Positions 17,660 through 25,687 of a DNA stretch of 64,000 nt are shown here, piece by piece; position 1 is the first letter of the stretch, and every line of letters starts with the position of its first letter. This DNA comes from a virus (lineage: Duplodnaviria > Heunggongvirae > Uroviricota > Caudoviricetes). The position numbers and the translations under genes were made by a program. The notes below the pieces were generated by a model. The model was not told where the DNA came from. It ran no database searches and saw only the letters and a list, made by a program, of their open reading frames with translations. The stretch lies in the IMG/VR virus record IMGVR_UViG_3300037466_001520. One strand, written 5' to 3'.

Positions 17660-18355
17660 ATGAATCCTCTACTCACCGTCCCGCTCCTCGCACTCGATAC
17701 CGAGACGACCGGCGTCAACTCCTTCGAGGACCGCGTGGTCACGTGCTGCATGGTCTACGACAACGGTCAGGGAGACCAGCAGATCCGCAACTGGGTCATC
17801 GACCCGGGCATAGAGATTCCCGAGGGCGCGTCAGCGGTCCACGGAGTCACGACGGAGATCGCGCGAGCGACCGGCACCAGCCCCGTAGACGGCCTCGCGA
17901 GCATCGCGGCTAGTCTGATGCCCATGCTCGATGCCAAGATCCCTCTCGTTATATATAATGCCGCCTTCGACCTCACGCTGCTCAACAACGAGTTCGCTCG
18001 CCACGGGATCAACTTCCCATACGACTTCGACGAGCACATCGTCATCGACCCGTACGTCATCGACAAGGCCTTCAACCCGTACCGCAAGGGCAAGCGCATT
18101 CTGACGATGACCGCCTCGCTTTACGGTTACGAGCTGATCAACGCGCACAACGCGGAGGCCGACTGCCTCGCGGCCATCGGAGCATTCCGTGGGATGACAA
18201 CGGCCTATGACATCCAGTATTCTCTGGAGGAGCTTCACCAAAAACAGAAGATCTGGAAGTATCAGCAGGCCGAGGGTCTTGAGCAGCATTTCCGGAAGAC
18301 CGATCCGGAGAAGTGCGTCAACCGCGAGTGGCCGTACCAGACGGTTCCGGGATGA
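17660..18355 (+). CDS. DnaQ-like 3'-5' exonuclease (DEDD family)
   Basis: ALDTETTG Exo I motif, HNAEADC Exo III motif. Confidence 0.75.
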   Translation: MNPLLTVPLLALDTETTGVNSFEDRVVTCCMVYDNGQGDQQIRNWVIDPGIEIPEGASAVHGVTTEIARATGTSPVDGLASIAASLMPMLDAKIPLVIYNAAFDLTLLNNEFARHGINFPYDFDEHIVIDPYVIDKAFNPYRKGKRILTMTASLYGYELINAHNAEADCLAAIGAFRGMTTAYDIQYSLEELHQKQKIWKYQQAEGLEQHFRKTDPEKCVNREWPYQTVPG

Positions 18356-18392
18356 TTTGACACTGTTCCAAAGTGTGGTACACTAGATATAT

Positions 18393-18467
18393 CGCAGGGT
18401 AGAGGAGTTCGGAGTCCTCGCTGGCCTCATAAGCCAGAGATCGCAGGTTCAAATCCTGCCCCAGCAA
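18393..18467 (+). tRNA. tRNA-Met (CAT), initiator-like C1-A72 mismatch
   Basis: Anticodon stem-loop CTGGC-CTCATAA-GCCAG; T-arm GCAGG-TTCAAAT-CCTGC; acceptor CGCAGGG/CCCAGCA with C1·A72 and A4·A69 mismatches. Confidence 0.5.
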
Positions 18468-18539
18468 CGTTGTGCTCGTCAGGTACCGTGTGTGGTCGAG
18501 CCAAGCCGAGGTAACTTCTCGGCGACAAAACCTGAGCAT

Positions 18540-18610
18540 TCCCTCATAGCTCAAAGGCAGAGCGACCGGCTGTTAACCGGCAGATCGAGGTTCGAATCCT
18601 TGTGGGGGAG
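18540..18610 (+). tRNA. tRNA-Asn (GTT)
   Basis: D-arm GCTCAAAGGCAGAGC; anticodon loop CTGTTAA; T-loop TTCGAAT. Confidence 0.7.
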
Positions 18611-18667
18611 CTGGACGGGTAGTCCTCTGGCGTCAATGCTTCGGCAGGCGCTAAGCGCCGTTCTATT

Positions 18668-18739
18668 GGGGCCGCATGTACCAAGGTGGCGACGGATCCT
18701 TGCAAGATCTGTGGGCGCGTTCGATTCGCGTCGGCTCCA
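18668..18739 (+). tRNA. tRNA-Ala (TGC), G3-U70 present, non-canonical D-arm
   Basis: Acceptor GGGGCCG/CGGCTCC (G3·U70); anticodon stem-loop GGATC-CTTGCAA-GATCT; T-arm GCGCG-TTCGATT-CGCGT; D region TGTACCAAGGTGGCG lacks a clean stem. Confidence 0.55.
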
Positions 18740-18825
18740 CGCAATTTAATGCCGCGAGGCCGTTAAACATCCCAACAGTGTAGTGAACCAGCCACTCGGT
18801 CCGGTTGAACCGTAATCAACCTCAA

Positions 18826-18897
18826 GGGGCCACATGTACCAAGGTGGCGAAGATCCTCGGCAGGGATCTTGGGTGGATTCGATTTCCACTGGCTCCA
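18826..18897 (+). tRNA. tRNA-Ala (GGC), G3-U70 present, non-canonical D-arm, C33
   Basis: Acceptor GGGGCCA/TGGCTCC; anticodon stem-loop GATCC-TCGGCAG-GGATC; T-arm GTGGA-TTCGATT-TCCAC. Confidence 0.5.
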
Positions 18898-18993
18898 CGT
18901 GTGTTTGAGATTAACCGCACTGACGACTGTGACTCTTCGGTGCGGCTGTATTCTCGTTCCGGATTCGTCACAGCAGACCGGGCGCACACGCAA

Positions 18994-19066
18994 GGCCCTG
19001 TAGAGCAGCGGAGTGCTCGCCACCCTGTCACGGTGGAGGTCGGCGGTTCGAATCCGCTCAGGGTCG
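18994..19066 (+). tRNA. tRNA-Asp (GTC)
   Basis: D-arm GAGC-AGCGGAGT-GCTC; anticodon stem-loop CCACC-CTGTCAC-GGTGG; T-loop TTCGAAT. Confidence 0.75.
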
Positions 19067-19251
19067 CTCGGGAAAATCACAGCCTCGGGAAGTCCAGTGG
19101 TCAGCATAAACTGGGTGGACCGGTGTGAGGATATCGGGAAGTTAACTTAAGTGAGCGGTTCGTGCTGAGAGCCGCCGAATTAGGTCCGGAACGGGGTTAG
19201 GCTCCCGTCCACCCCGAACCGTTTGAAAGTATATATGGTATACTTTCTCTT

Positions 19252-19329
19252 GGTGGGTATAGCTCAGCAGGTTAGAGCGCCGGTTTGTGGCACCGGAGGT
19301 CGCGGGTTCAAATCCCGTTACTCACCCCA
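19252..19329 (+). tRNA. tRNA-His (GTG) with G-1 and encoded CCA
   Basis: Extra 5' G; acceptor GTGGGTA/TACTCAC; discriminator C; anticodon loop TTGTGGC; T-loop TTCAAAT. Confidence 0.75.
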
Positions 19330-19338
19330 AGGAGCTTC

Positions 19339-19959
19339 ATGGACGTCATCAACGCTGGCATCATCTCTGCCTCAAGCATCGCGGCATCGACAACTATCGC
19401 TGCACCCCTTTCTTCGCCGCTAATCGGGACCACTCTGGATCTCGACGGCTTCCGCCACGGGCCATGGGGTCCACCTCAGCAGGGTCACCCCCAGTTCATC
19501 CGCACGCTCTGGGCACCGTACGACAACGTCCACGAGGCCCTCGTATCACTCGTCAACTCGGCCCGTCGTTCCCTCGTGATCGCCATGTTCGGCTTCACCG
19601 ACCGCGAGCTGGCAGCAGCCGTCAAGCGCAAGTTGGACGATCCCAACATCTTCGTCCAGATCACCCTCGATTCCCGTCAAGCGGCAGGCCCTACGGAGAA
19701 GAAGATGCTCGACGAGTTCGGCCTCCTCGACTCGAACCGCGTGGTCGTCGGAAACTCGGAGCACGGCGACATCATGCACAGAAAGATCATGATCATCGAC
19801 GGAGTCTGGCGCATCTCGGGGTCGACCAACTGGTCCCTCGCCGGGGAGCAGAAGCAGGACAACGAGCTTACCGTGATCTACGACGCCATCATGGCGGCTG
19901 AGGCTCGCGCGGTCGTCGACCTTGAGCACAACAAGGCCCTCACCAAGGCCGGTCGCTGA
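19339..19959 (+). CDS. PLD-like (single HKD motif) nuclease
   Basis: HRKIMIIDGVWRISGSTNWS HKD motif; RBS AAGGAG overlaps the 3' CCA of tRNA-His. Confidence 0.7.
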   Translation: MDVINAGIISASSIAASTTIAAPLSSPLIGTTLDLDGFRHGPWGPPQQGHPQFIRTLWAPYDNVHEALVSLVNSARRSLVIAMFGFTDRELAAAVKRKLDDPNIFVQITLDSRQAAGPTEKKMLDEFGLLDSNRVVVGNSEHGDIMHRKIMIIDGVWRISGSTNWSLAGEQKQDNELTVIYDAIMAAEARAVVDLEHNKALTKAGR

Positions 19960-20002
19960 CACCTCGTTTGACACTGGATATCATTTAGATTAGACTGGGC
20001 GA

Positions 20003-20398
20003 ATGGCCCAGTCATACATTCATGCCGAGGCGAGCGCCCGCCACTTCAAGGCTGGCACGCCCGAGGACTACCTGCCGATCCACGAGTGGATCGACCAGTT
20101 CAAGAAGTCCTTCGGTGACGTCCGGCACCGAGCCATGCTGCACAACACCCACGGCCCTTGGATGGCACAGGACGTCTTCGGCCCTTTCATTGAAGTGTTC
20201 GATGAAAAGAACCAGAAGACCAAGAAAGTCCTCGTCCGAGAGATCGCGGAGAACCACATCATCGAAGACCTCGGATGCCTTCCGTCGCCCGAGAAGTGGC
20301 TCGACTGCATGGACTGCAAGGTCTGGATGGGCGGCAAGCGCAACAAGTTCATCGGTCGGGAAGAGTTCCTCGACCAAACCGTGATCAAAGGACAATAG
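20003..20398 (+). CDS. hypothetical protein
   Basis: 131-aa ORF. Confidence 0.5.
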   Translation: MAQSYIHAEASARHFKAGTPEDYLPIHEWIDQFKKSFGDVRHRAMLHNTHGPWMAQDVFGPFIEVFDEKNQKTKKVLVREIAENHIIEDLGCLPSPEKWLDCMDCKVWMGGKRNKFIGREEFLDQTVIKGQ

Positions 20399-20403
20399 AC
20401 ACA

Positions 20404-20865
20404 GTGACAGATTTCCTCGGCGTTCCCGTTACCGGCGAGCCGTCCCGCTTCACCTCGGCTCGCGTCAAGCAGGACGACCCGGCAAAGCTCCTCGAAGCCA
20501 TCAACCGCGTCCTCGACCACCCGCTCGTCCTCTCCCTCAAGTGGACGCAGTACACCCCGTATTTCAATGACGGGGACGCCTGCGAGTTCGGCCTTCACCG
20601 CGAGCCAGCGGTCTCCATCGAAGGCGGAGACGAGGACGAGGGCGACTACGAGGACGGCTTCTACTCGGCGTGGGACCTCGACGGCCACTACTACGAGGGC
20701 CTCAAGAAGCTCGAACTCGGCGACCTCTACGACCGCCTCCGCGCTGCGACCGATGAGCTGTATTCAGGTCGCCACTACGACATCCTCGCCGAGAAGTTCG
20801 GCGATCCGGCTGAGGTCGTGGCGACCAAAGAAGGCTTTCACATCGAGTTCTACGACCACGAGTAG
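20404..20865 (+). CDS. hypothetical acidic protein
   Basis: GTG after AAAGGA RBS, in frame with track ORF 20275; the track's earlier start would overlap the upstream gene by 124 nt. Confidence 0.5.
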   Translation: MTDFLGVPVTGEPSRFTSARVKQDDPAKLLEAINRVLDHPLVLSLKWTQYTPYFNDGDACEFGLHREPAVSIEGGDEDEGDYEDGFYSAWDLDGHYYEGLKKLELGDLYDRLRAATDELYSGRHYDILAEKFGDPAEVVATKEGFHIEFYDHE

Positions 20866-20883
20866 TCCCACCCACTAGAACGG

Positions 20884-20912
20884 CCCGGAGAAATCCGGGC
20901 CGTTTCTGTTTG
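20884..20912 (+). terminator. intrinsic terminator GGCCCGGA-gaaa-TCCGGGCC-GTTTCTGTTT
   Basis: After ORF 20404-20865. Confidence 0.55.
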
Positions 20913-20914
20913 AC

Positions 20915-20943
20915 ACTTCATTGGACGCTGTGTATCGTAGGAT
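20915..20943 (+). promoter_or_regulatory. promoter TTGACA-N17-TATCGT upstream of the GHKL ATPase gene
   Basis: Follows terminator 20884-20912. Confidence 0.5.
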
Positions 20944-20973
20944 CAGAAGCACGAACCGACGAAAGGAAAAACG

Positions 20974-23142
20974 ATGATCATCGAAGCCGAGACCACCGAA
21001 GTAGTCACAAACATCCCTGAGGGCCGGACGAAGCCCATGTTCATCAGCCAAGAGGGTCTGGCGCACATCATGTCGACGCTGACCAACCTCTACCACGACC
21101 CGGAGCTGGCTGTCATCCGCGAGATCACCGCCAACGCCATCGACTCGCACATCGCCTCAGGCCAGACCCGCAAGATCGAGATCTCGCTCCCAGACCGGTA
21201 CACGAACCAGTTCATCGTCGAAGACTGGGGAGTCGGCATGTCCTACGAGGATCTGGACAACCTCTGCCGGGGCTACGGCGAGTCCACCAAGCGCAAGCGG
21301 AACGACCAGATCGGCGCGTTCGGCCTCGGCTTCAAGTCCCCGCTCGCCATCGCGAACTCCTTCACCGTGCGCGGCATCAAGGACGGACGCCTCACGACTG
21401 TCATCATCGCGAAGTCCGCTGACGGCCTCAACAACGTCACCACTGTCGCCAAACAGGACACCGACCTGCCCAACGGCGTCAAGGTCTCCATCCCGGTCCC
21501 CGCCGACAAGCGCATCAGCTTCAACGAGAAGGCCAAGCGATTCTTCCGCTTCTCCGAGCCCAGCCTGCTCTCCGTCGACGGCGTGGAGCCGACGAGCGTC
21601 TACACCTCGGCCCGCAAGGTGACCGACCCCGACAACCCGGACTTCGTCGCATACATCGGCGACGAGACCATGAACGAGTCCGTCGTGGTCATGGGCGGTG
21701 TGCCCTACGCGATGACCTACTCCGAGATGTGCGATTCTCTGGAGCGTCAGGGCCTCACGGCTGGGTCCGCCTTCTACCGGCTCCCCAAGATCTTCCCTAT
21801 CGGCATCGGCGAGGTCGAGCTGACCCCGAACCGCGAGGGGCTCCGCTACACGGACAAGACCATCGAAGTTGTGGACCGCCTGCTCGCCGGATTCCTCCGG
21901 GGCTACACCAAGTCCGCTCAGGAGGCCATCGACGCCATCGACGAGCGCTCGGAGGTCTACGACGAGATCCGCACGTGGGCCGAGAAGCTCGACATCCCGG
22001 CCAAGGACATCCAGTGGCGCGGCGAGGACGTCGTGCGCGAGATCCGTCTGGAGAAGCCCGTCGCGACCGTCCGCCCCAATGTCGGGTGGACGTCCCGCAA
22101 CGAGCACGCGACCCGCTACTCCATCGAACTCGACCGCAAGATCCCGGTCCTGATCATCACCGGGCGCGGCACCGACAAGTACCGCCGAGTCGCCACCTAC
22201 ATCAACGACTACATGGCGCTCAAGAACCACCGCTACCGCGATCTGACCTTCACCTTCGTCGAAGAGCTGACCGAGGAGATGAAGACCCCGTGGCTCATCG
22301 AGAACTCCAACTTCTCCTTCATCGACGCCGAGGCCTTCATGGCAGAGGTCAAGGAGTACCGCAAGTCTCTCAAGCCCGAGAAGGAACCGGCTGAGAAGAA
22401 GGAGCGGGTGAAGATCACCTACCCGGTCTTCGACATCGAGAACAACGCTCTCACCTACGCCGAGCCCAAGGACATCCCGGAGGACGCCTACCTCGTCCGA
22501 CCCGAGGACTTCACCTCGACGACCGCCGAGATCGTCCGGATCTTCGAGGCACCGAGCGGCTGGGGCAAGATGCTCAAGGAGGACCGCAAGGAGATCTGCG
22601 AGGCGTTCGCCGAGGCGATGCCGAACGTCAAGCACCTCGTCTTCCTCAGCTCCACGCGCAAGCTGGAGACGCTGGAGCGCAAGTCCAAGATGACCTTCCC
22701 GGCCCTCGCCGACCTCGCCCCGACGTTCCTCGACGAGATCGAGACAGCGATGGAGGACGCCGACCTCCACCACTACCGCTACTGCAAGAAGATGGCCGAG
22801 TACGACTTCTTCTACGGCCTCGCGGAGGAGGACGGCATCCTCGACCCGCAGTTTGCACAGCTCCGCGCGGACGAGTCCCTCGCACCCAAGGCAGAGCGGC
22901 TGGAGCGCTTCCTCAAGGCCTACAACACGCTTCGTCGTCCCGGAGACCGGTTTGCCCCGGACAACGCGGGACGCAAGCCGGAGTCCATCGAGTTCGACGA
23001 TGACGAGATCCGCAACAGGTACATCCTCATGCGGAGCATGGGCCTCCACAGCAGGAAGAACGACGCGACATTCCGGGAGCACCTGATCTCCTACATGAAC
23101 ACTGTGTACTCGTCGACCCTTGTCGAGTCCGAAGATAACTGA
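20974..23142 (+). CDS. GHKL-superfamily ATPase (HSP90/MutL/TopoVI-like Bergerat fold)
   Basis: N box REITANAIDS, G1 box VEDWGVGMS, G2 box GAFGLGFKS; 722 aa; RBS AAAGGAAAAACG. Confidence 0.7.
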   Translation: MIIEAETTEVVTNIPEGRTKPMFISQEGLAHIMSTLTNLYHDPELAVIREITANAIDSHIASGQTRKIEISLPDRYTNQFIVEDWGVGMSYEDLDNLCRGYGESTKRKRNDQIGAFGLGFKSPLAIANSFTVRGIKDGRLTTVIIAKSADGLNNVTTVAKQDTDLPNGVKVSIPVPADKRISFNEKAKRFFRFSEPSLLSVDGVEPTSVYTSARKVTDPDNPDFVAYIGDETMNESVVVMGGVPYAMTYSEMCDSLERQGLTAGSAFYRLPKIFPIGIGEVELTPNREGLRYTDKTIEVVDRLLAGFLRGYTKSAQEAIDAIDERSEVYDEIRTWAEKLDIPAKDIQWRGEDVVREIRLEKPVATVRPNVGWTSRNEHATRYSIELDRKIPVLIITGRGTDKYRRVATYINDYMALKNHRYRDLTFTFVEELTEEMKTPWLIENSNFSFIDAEAFMAEVKEYRKSLKPEKEPAEKKERVKITYPVFDIENNALTYAEPKDIPEDAYLVRPEDFTSTTAEIVRIFEAPSGWGKMLKEDRKEICEAFAEAMPNVKHLVFLSSTRKLETLERKSKMTFPALADLAPTFLDEIETAMEDADLHHYRYCKKMAEYDFFYGLAEEDGILDPQFAQLRADESLAPKAERLERFLKAYNTLRRPGDRFAPDNAGRKPESIEFDDDEIRNRYILMRSMGLHSRKNDATFREHLISYMNTVYSSTLVESEDN

Positions 23143-23182
23143 TACAGTTTCAAGAACCAACACCAGACAGGAGAAAACCACT

Positions 23183-24328
23183 ATGACCATGTACCACTCG
23201 ATCATCGGGCGGACTCCGGGACGCACGCTCTCCGTCACCTATTCTGACGGAGACATCGCGACGGTCCCGGAGAGCCACGAATCCTTCGAACAGCTCCTCA
23301 ACCTCATCAACTCCGGCGCGGAGGAGGACGAGGTCCGCAACCTCATCGACATCATCCTCGGCGCAGGGAAGCGCCTGACCCAGCTCTCCGAGCGCGTGTC
23401 CTTCAAGGGCCGCACGCTGTTCTTCGACGGCGACCCCATCGACGGCGCGCTCGTGGATACGATCATCGAACTGGTCGCTGCGGGCACGGACGACGAGAAG
23501 CTCCACTCCGTCGTGAACTTCCTTGAGAAGGTCAAGACGAACCCGAACATCACGACCATCGACGGCCTCTACAAGTGGATCACCAACGGCGACCTCGTCA
23601 TCCACCCAGACGGAGACTTCATCGCCTACAAGGGTTGCCAAGGAAAGGGTGACCAGCGTACGTCGCAGTCCTTCGGCACGGCATTCGTCGACGGCGAGGA
23701 GATCACCGGCTACATCCCCAACCCGGATGGCGCTGTCGTCTCCATGCCTCGCTCAACCGTCGACGACGGCAGCTACAACATGTGCTCGACGGGCCTCCAC
23801 ATCGCCACCCACGGCTTCGCGCAAGGCTTCGCCCACGGCGAGGTCATCCTCGTCAAGGTCAACCCTCGCGACGTCGTCTCGGTTCCATCCGACGAGAGCT
23901 TCAAGAAGCTGCGCGTGTGCCGCTACAAGGTGCTGCACGCCGTTGCCGGTCGCCTCGACGGTCGCGTCTACGTTCAGCCCGAGCTGGAGCCGGAGACAGA
24001 GGACCAGACCCCTGAGGAGTTCAAAGCAGCAGCCGAGGAGGTCATCGACGAGGAGACGTGGAACGCGGCTCACGACGCTGTCGGAGACACACCGTTCACC
24101 GTCACCCCGGCTGACGAGGACAATGACGAGGAGATCGCCGAGATCGAGGATCTGCTCAAGCCGGTCCACGAGTACGGCACGGTTGACGCTGAGGAGCCCG
24201 AGAAGGCCCCTGAGGAGCCACAGGAGCCTCTCAGGGAGTCTAACGGGCGCTTCACGAAGGCTGGTGCTGCCCATGAGGCGAAAGCCGCTCTGAGGGACGC
24301 TCTGGGGCGTTTCATCAAGAACAAGTAA
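23183..24328 (+). CDS. hypothetical protein (381 aa, acidic C-terminus), GHKL-ATPase partner
   Basis: ATG after AGGAGAAAA; the track start 23120 would overlap the upstream gene. Confidence 0.55.
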   Translation: MTMYHSIIGRTPGRTLSVTYSDGDIATVPESHESFEQLLNLINSGAEEDEVRNLIDIILGAGKRLTQLSERVSFKGRTLFFDGDPIDGALVDTIIELVAAGTDDEKLHSVVNFLEKVKTNPNITTIDGLYKWITNGDLVIHPDGDFIAYKGCQGKGDQRTSQSFGTAFVDGEEITGYIPNPDGAVVSMPRSTVDDGSYNMCSTGLHIATHGFAQGFAHGEVILVKVNPRDVVSVPSDESFKKLRVCRYKVLHAVAGRLDGRVYVQPELEPETEDQTPEEFKAAAEEVIDEETWNAAHDAVGDTPFTVTPADEDNDEEIAEIEDLLKPVHEYGTVDAEEPEKAPEEPQEPLRESNGRFTKAGAAHEAKAALRDALGRFIKNK

Positions 24329-24369
24329 ACAAACGTGTATACTGGTCTGGCGGGAAACCGCCAGATCTA

Positions 24370-24442
24370 GTCTCCATAGCTCAACGGATAGAGCAGGGCT
24401 TTCCTAAAGCCAAGGTTCCGGGTTCGAATCCCGGTGGGGGCA
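24370..24442 (+). tRNA. tRNA-Arg (CCT)
   Basis: D-arm GCTCAACGGATAGAGC; anticodon loop TTCCTAA; T-arm CCGGG-TTCGAAT-CCCGG. Confidence 0.65.
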
Positions 24443-24608
24443 CGTGGTCCGAAACGGCAGGATACCCAAGAACTCGGGTCACCGGACTGGCCGTGTTGGG
24501 TCCGAACTCCCTTAGTGGGCCGAGTCGCCACATCTACCTCAGGAGGTGAAGTATGGACGCATTCGAGAACAGGTAAGCGGAAGTACCGCTTAGCTGAGGA
24601 GAATAACC

Positions 24609-24983
24609 ATGTCCCGTACCTACAAAGACCGACCCTTCTGGGTCAAGCGTAACGACCGCTCACGTCCCGGACGAGAACGCCACTTCCACGGCGAGTGGGT
24701 TCACCCTTGGAAGAAGGATCCGCACCAGAGCGGGCCTTGCACCATGGGCGAAGAAGTAACTCGCGACAACGTCCACGACATCCTCTGCTACTGGGAGCCC
24801 TTTGATCTTCACTCGGGCTGCTCATGCAACGGCTGGATGGCCGGGAACGAAGGCCCGCGACGTTCCGAAGAGCGCGATGTTTTGCAGCAGTACAAAAAGG
24901 AGCACAACTCGGGAGAGGATGAACTTTCTTTCGAGGATGACGTGTTCTCGACCAACAAGCGACACGATGAGAACTGGTGGTAA
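24609..24983 (+). CDS. hypothetical protein
   Basis: RBS GAGGAG; preceded by a 7-codon uORF (24552-24575, MDAFENR) with perfect RBS and a hairpin. Confidence 0.5.
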   Translation: MSRTYKDRPFWVKRNDRSRPGRERHFHGEWVHPWKKDPHQSGPCTMGEEVTRDNVHDILCYWEPFDLHSGCSCNGWMAGNEGPRRSEERDVLQQYKKEHNSGEDELSFEDDVFSTNKRHDENWW

Positions 24984-25051
24984 CGCCGCCGAGTTGAAAT
25001 CAAAGAATACGCAGTGTAGAATAAGACCCGAAGCACTATCGGGTCTTTTCT

Positions 25052-25474
25052 ATGCCTCCTCGAAACCGTGCAGGTGATGTCTGCGCTGCCTGCCCTGAGC
25101 CAGTAAAGTTGGCTGGAGCAAAATACTGTTCCAATACCTGTCAAATGCAGTACCAGCGTGACCGCTACATCGAGAGATGGTTGGCCGGTGAGATCTCTGG
25201 GAACAGCTCCAAGTTCGACGTACCGGGGCAGATTCGTGCGTGGATCTACTCCAGATACGGGATGATGTGTTGGGAGTGTGGTTGGAGCAAGCCTCATCCG
25301 GATACCGGCATACCTCCGCTACAAGTGGACCACATCGACGGTGATGCAAAGAACAATAGACCCGAGAACCTTCGGCTCCTCTGTGGGAGCTGCCACTCAC
25401 TTACCCCTACTTACGGGAATCGGGGTGGTAGAGTTAGCTCTAGAACACATAGGTATGCTAAAATAGACAAGTAG
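25052..25474 (+). CDS. HNH endonuclease
   Basis: VDHIDGDAKNNRPENLRLLCGSCHS HNH motif. Confidence 0.7.
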   Translation: MPPRNRAGDVCAACPEPVKLAGAKYCSNTCQMQYQRDRYIERWLAGEISGNSSKFDVPGQIRAWIYSRYGMMCWECGWSKPHPDTGIPPLQVDHIDGDAKNNRPENLRLLCGSCHSLTPTYGNRGGRVSSRTHRYAKIDK

Positions 25475-25479
25475 CCAAC

Positions 25480-25555
25480 GCCTGCATAGCTCAGTCGGTA
25501 GAGTGTCACTATGGTAAAGTGAAGGTCCCGGGTTCGAATCCCGGTGTAGGCTCCA
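25480..25555 (+). tRNA. tRNA-Thr (GGT), CCA encoded
   Basis: D-arm GCTCAGTCGGTAGAGT; anticodon stem-loop TCACT-ATGGTAA-AGTGA; T-arm CCGGG-TTCGAAT-CCCGG. Confidence 0.75.
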
Positions 25556-25556
25556 T

Positions 25557-25630
25557 GACCCTATGGCCGAATGGTTAGGCAGCAGCCTGCAAAGCTGTGT
25601 ATACCGGTTCGAATCCGGTTAGGGTCTCCA
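25557..25630 (+). tRNA. tRNA-Cys (GCA), CCA encoded
   Basis: Acceptor GACCCTA/TAGGGTC perfect; anticodon loop CTGCAAA; T-loop TTCGAAT. Confidence 0.7.
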
Positions 25631-25687
25631 CAGGTTGTTTGACACTGTCTATCCTGATATACTTGCCCTAGAAGGGAGGTGGACAGT

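Noticed and set aside
21157-23238. 693-aa minus-strand ORF antisense to the GHKL ATPase gene
   Set aside because: Low-complexity R/G/V/D-rich product with no motifs; the plus-strand frame has clear Bergerat-fold motifs and an RBS.
24443-24550. GGTCCGA-containing sequence (GGTCCGAAACGG ... GGGTCCGAACTCCC) resembling the Ro-binding motif
   Set aside because: Far from the Ro60 gene, no tRNA-like module or closing helix found; likely coincidence.
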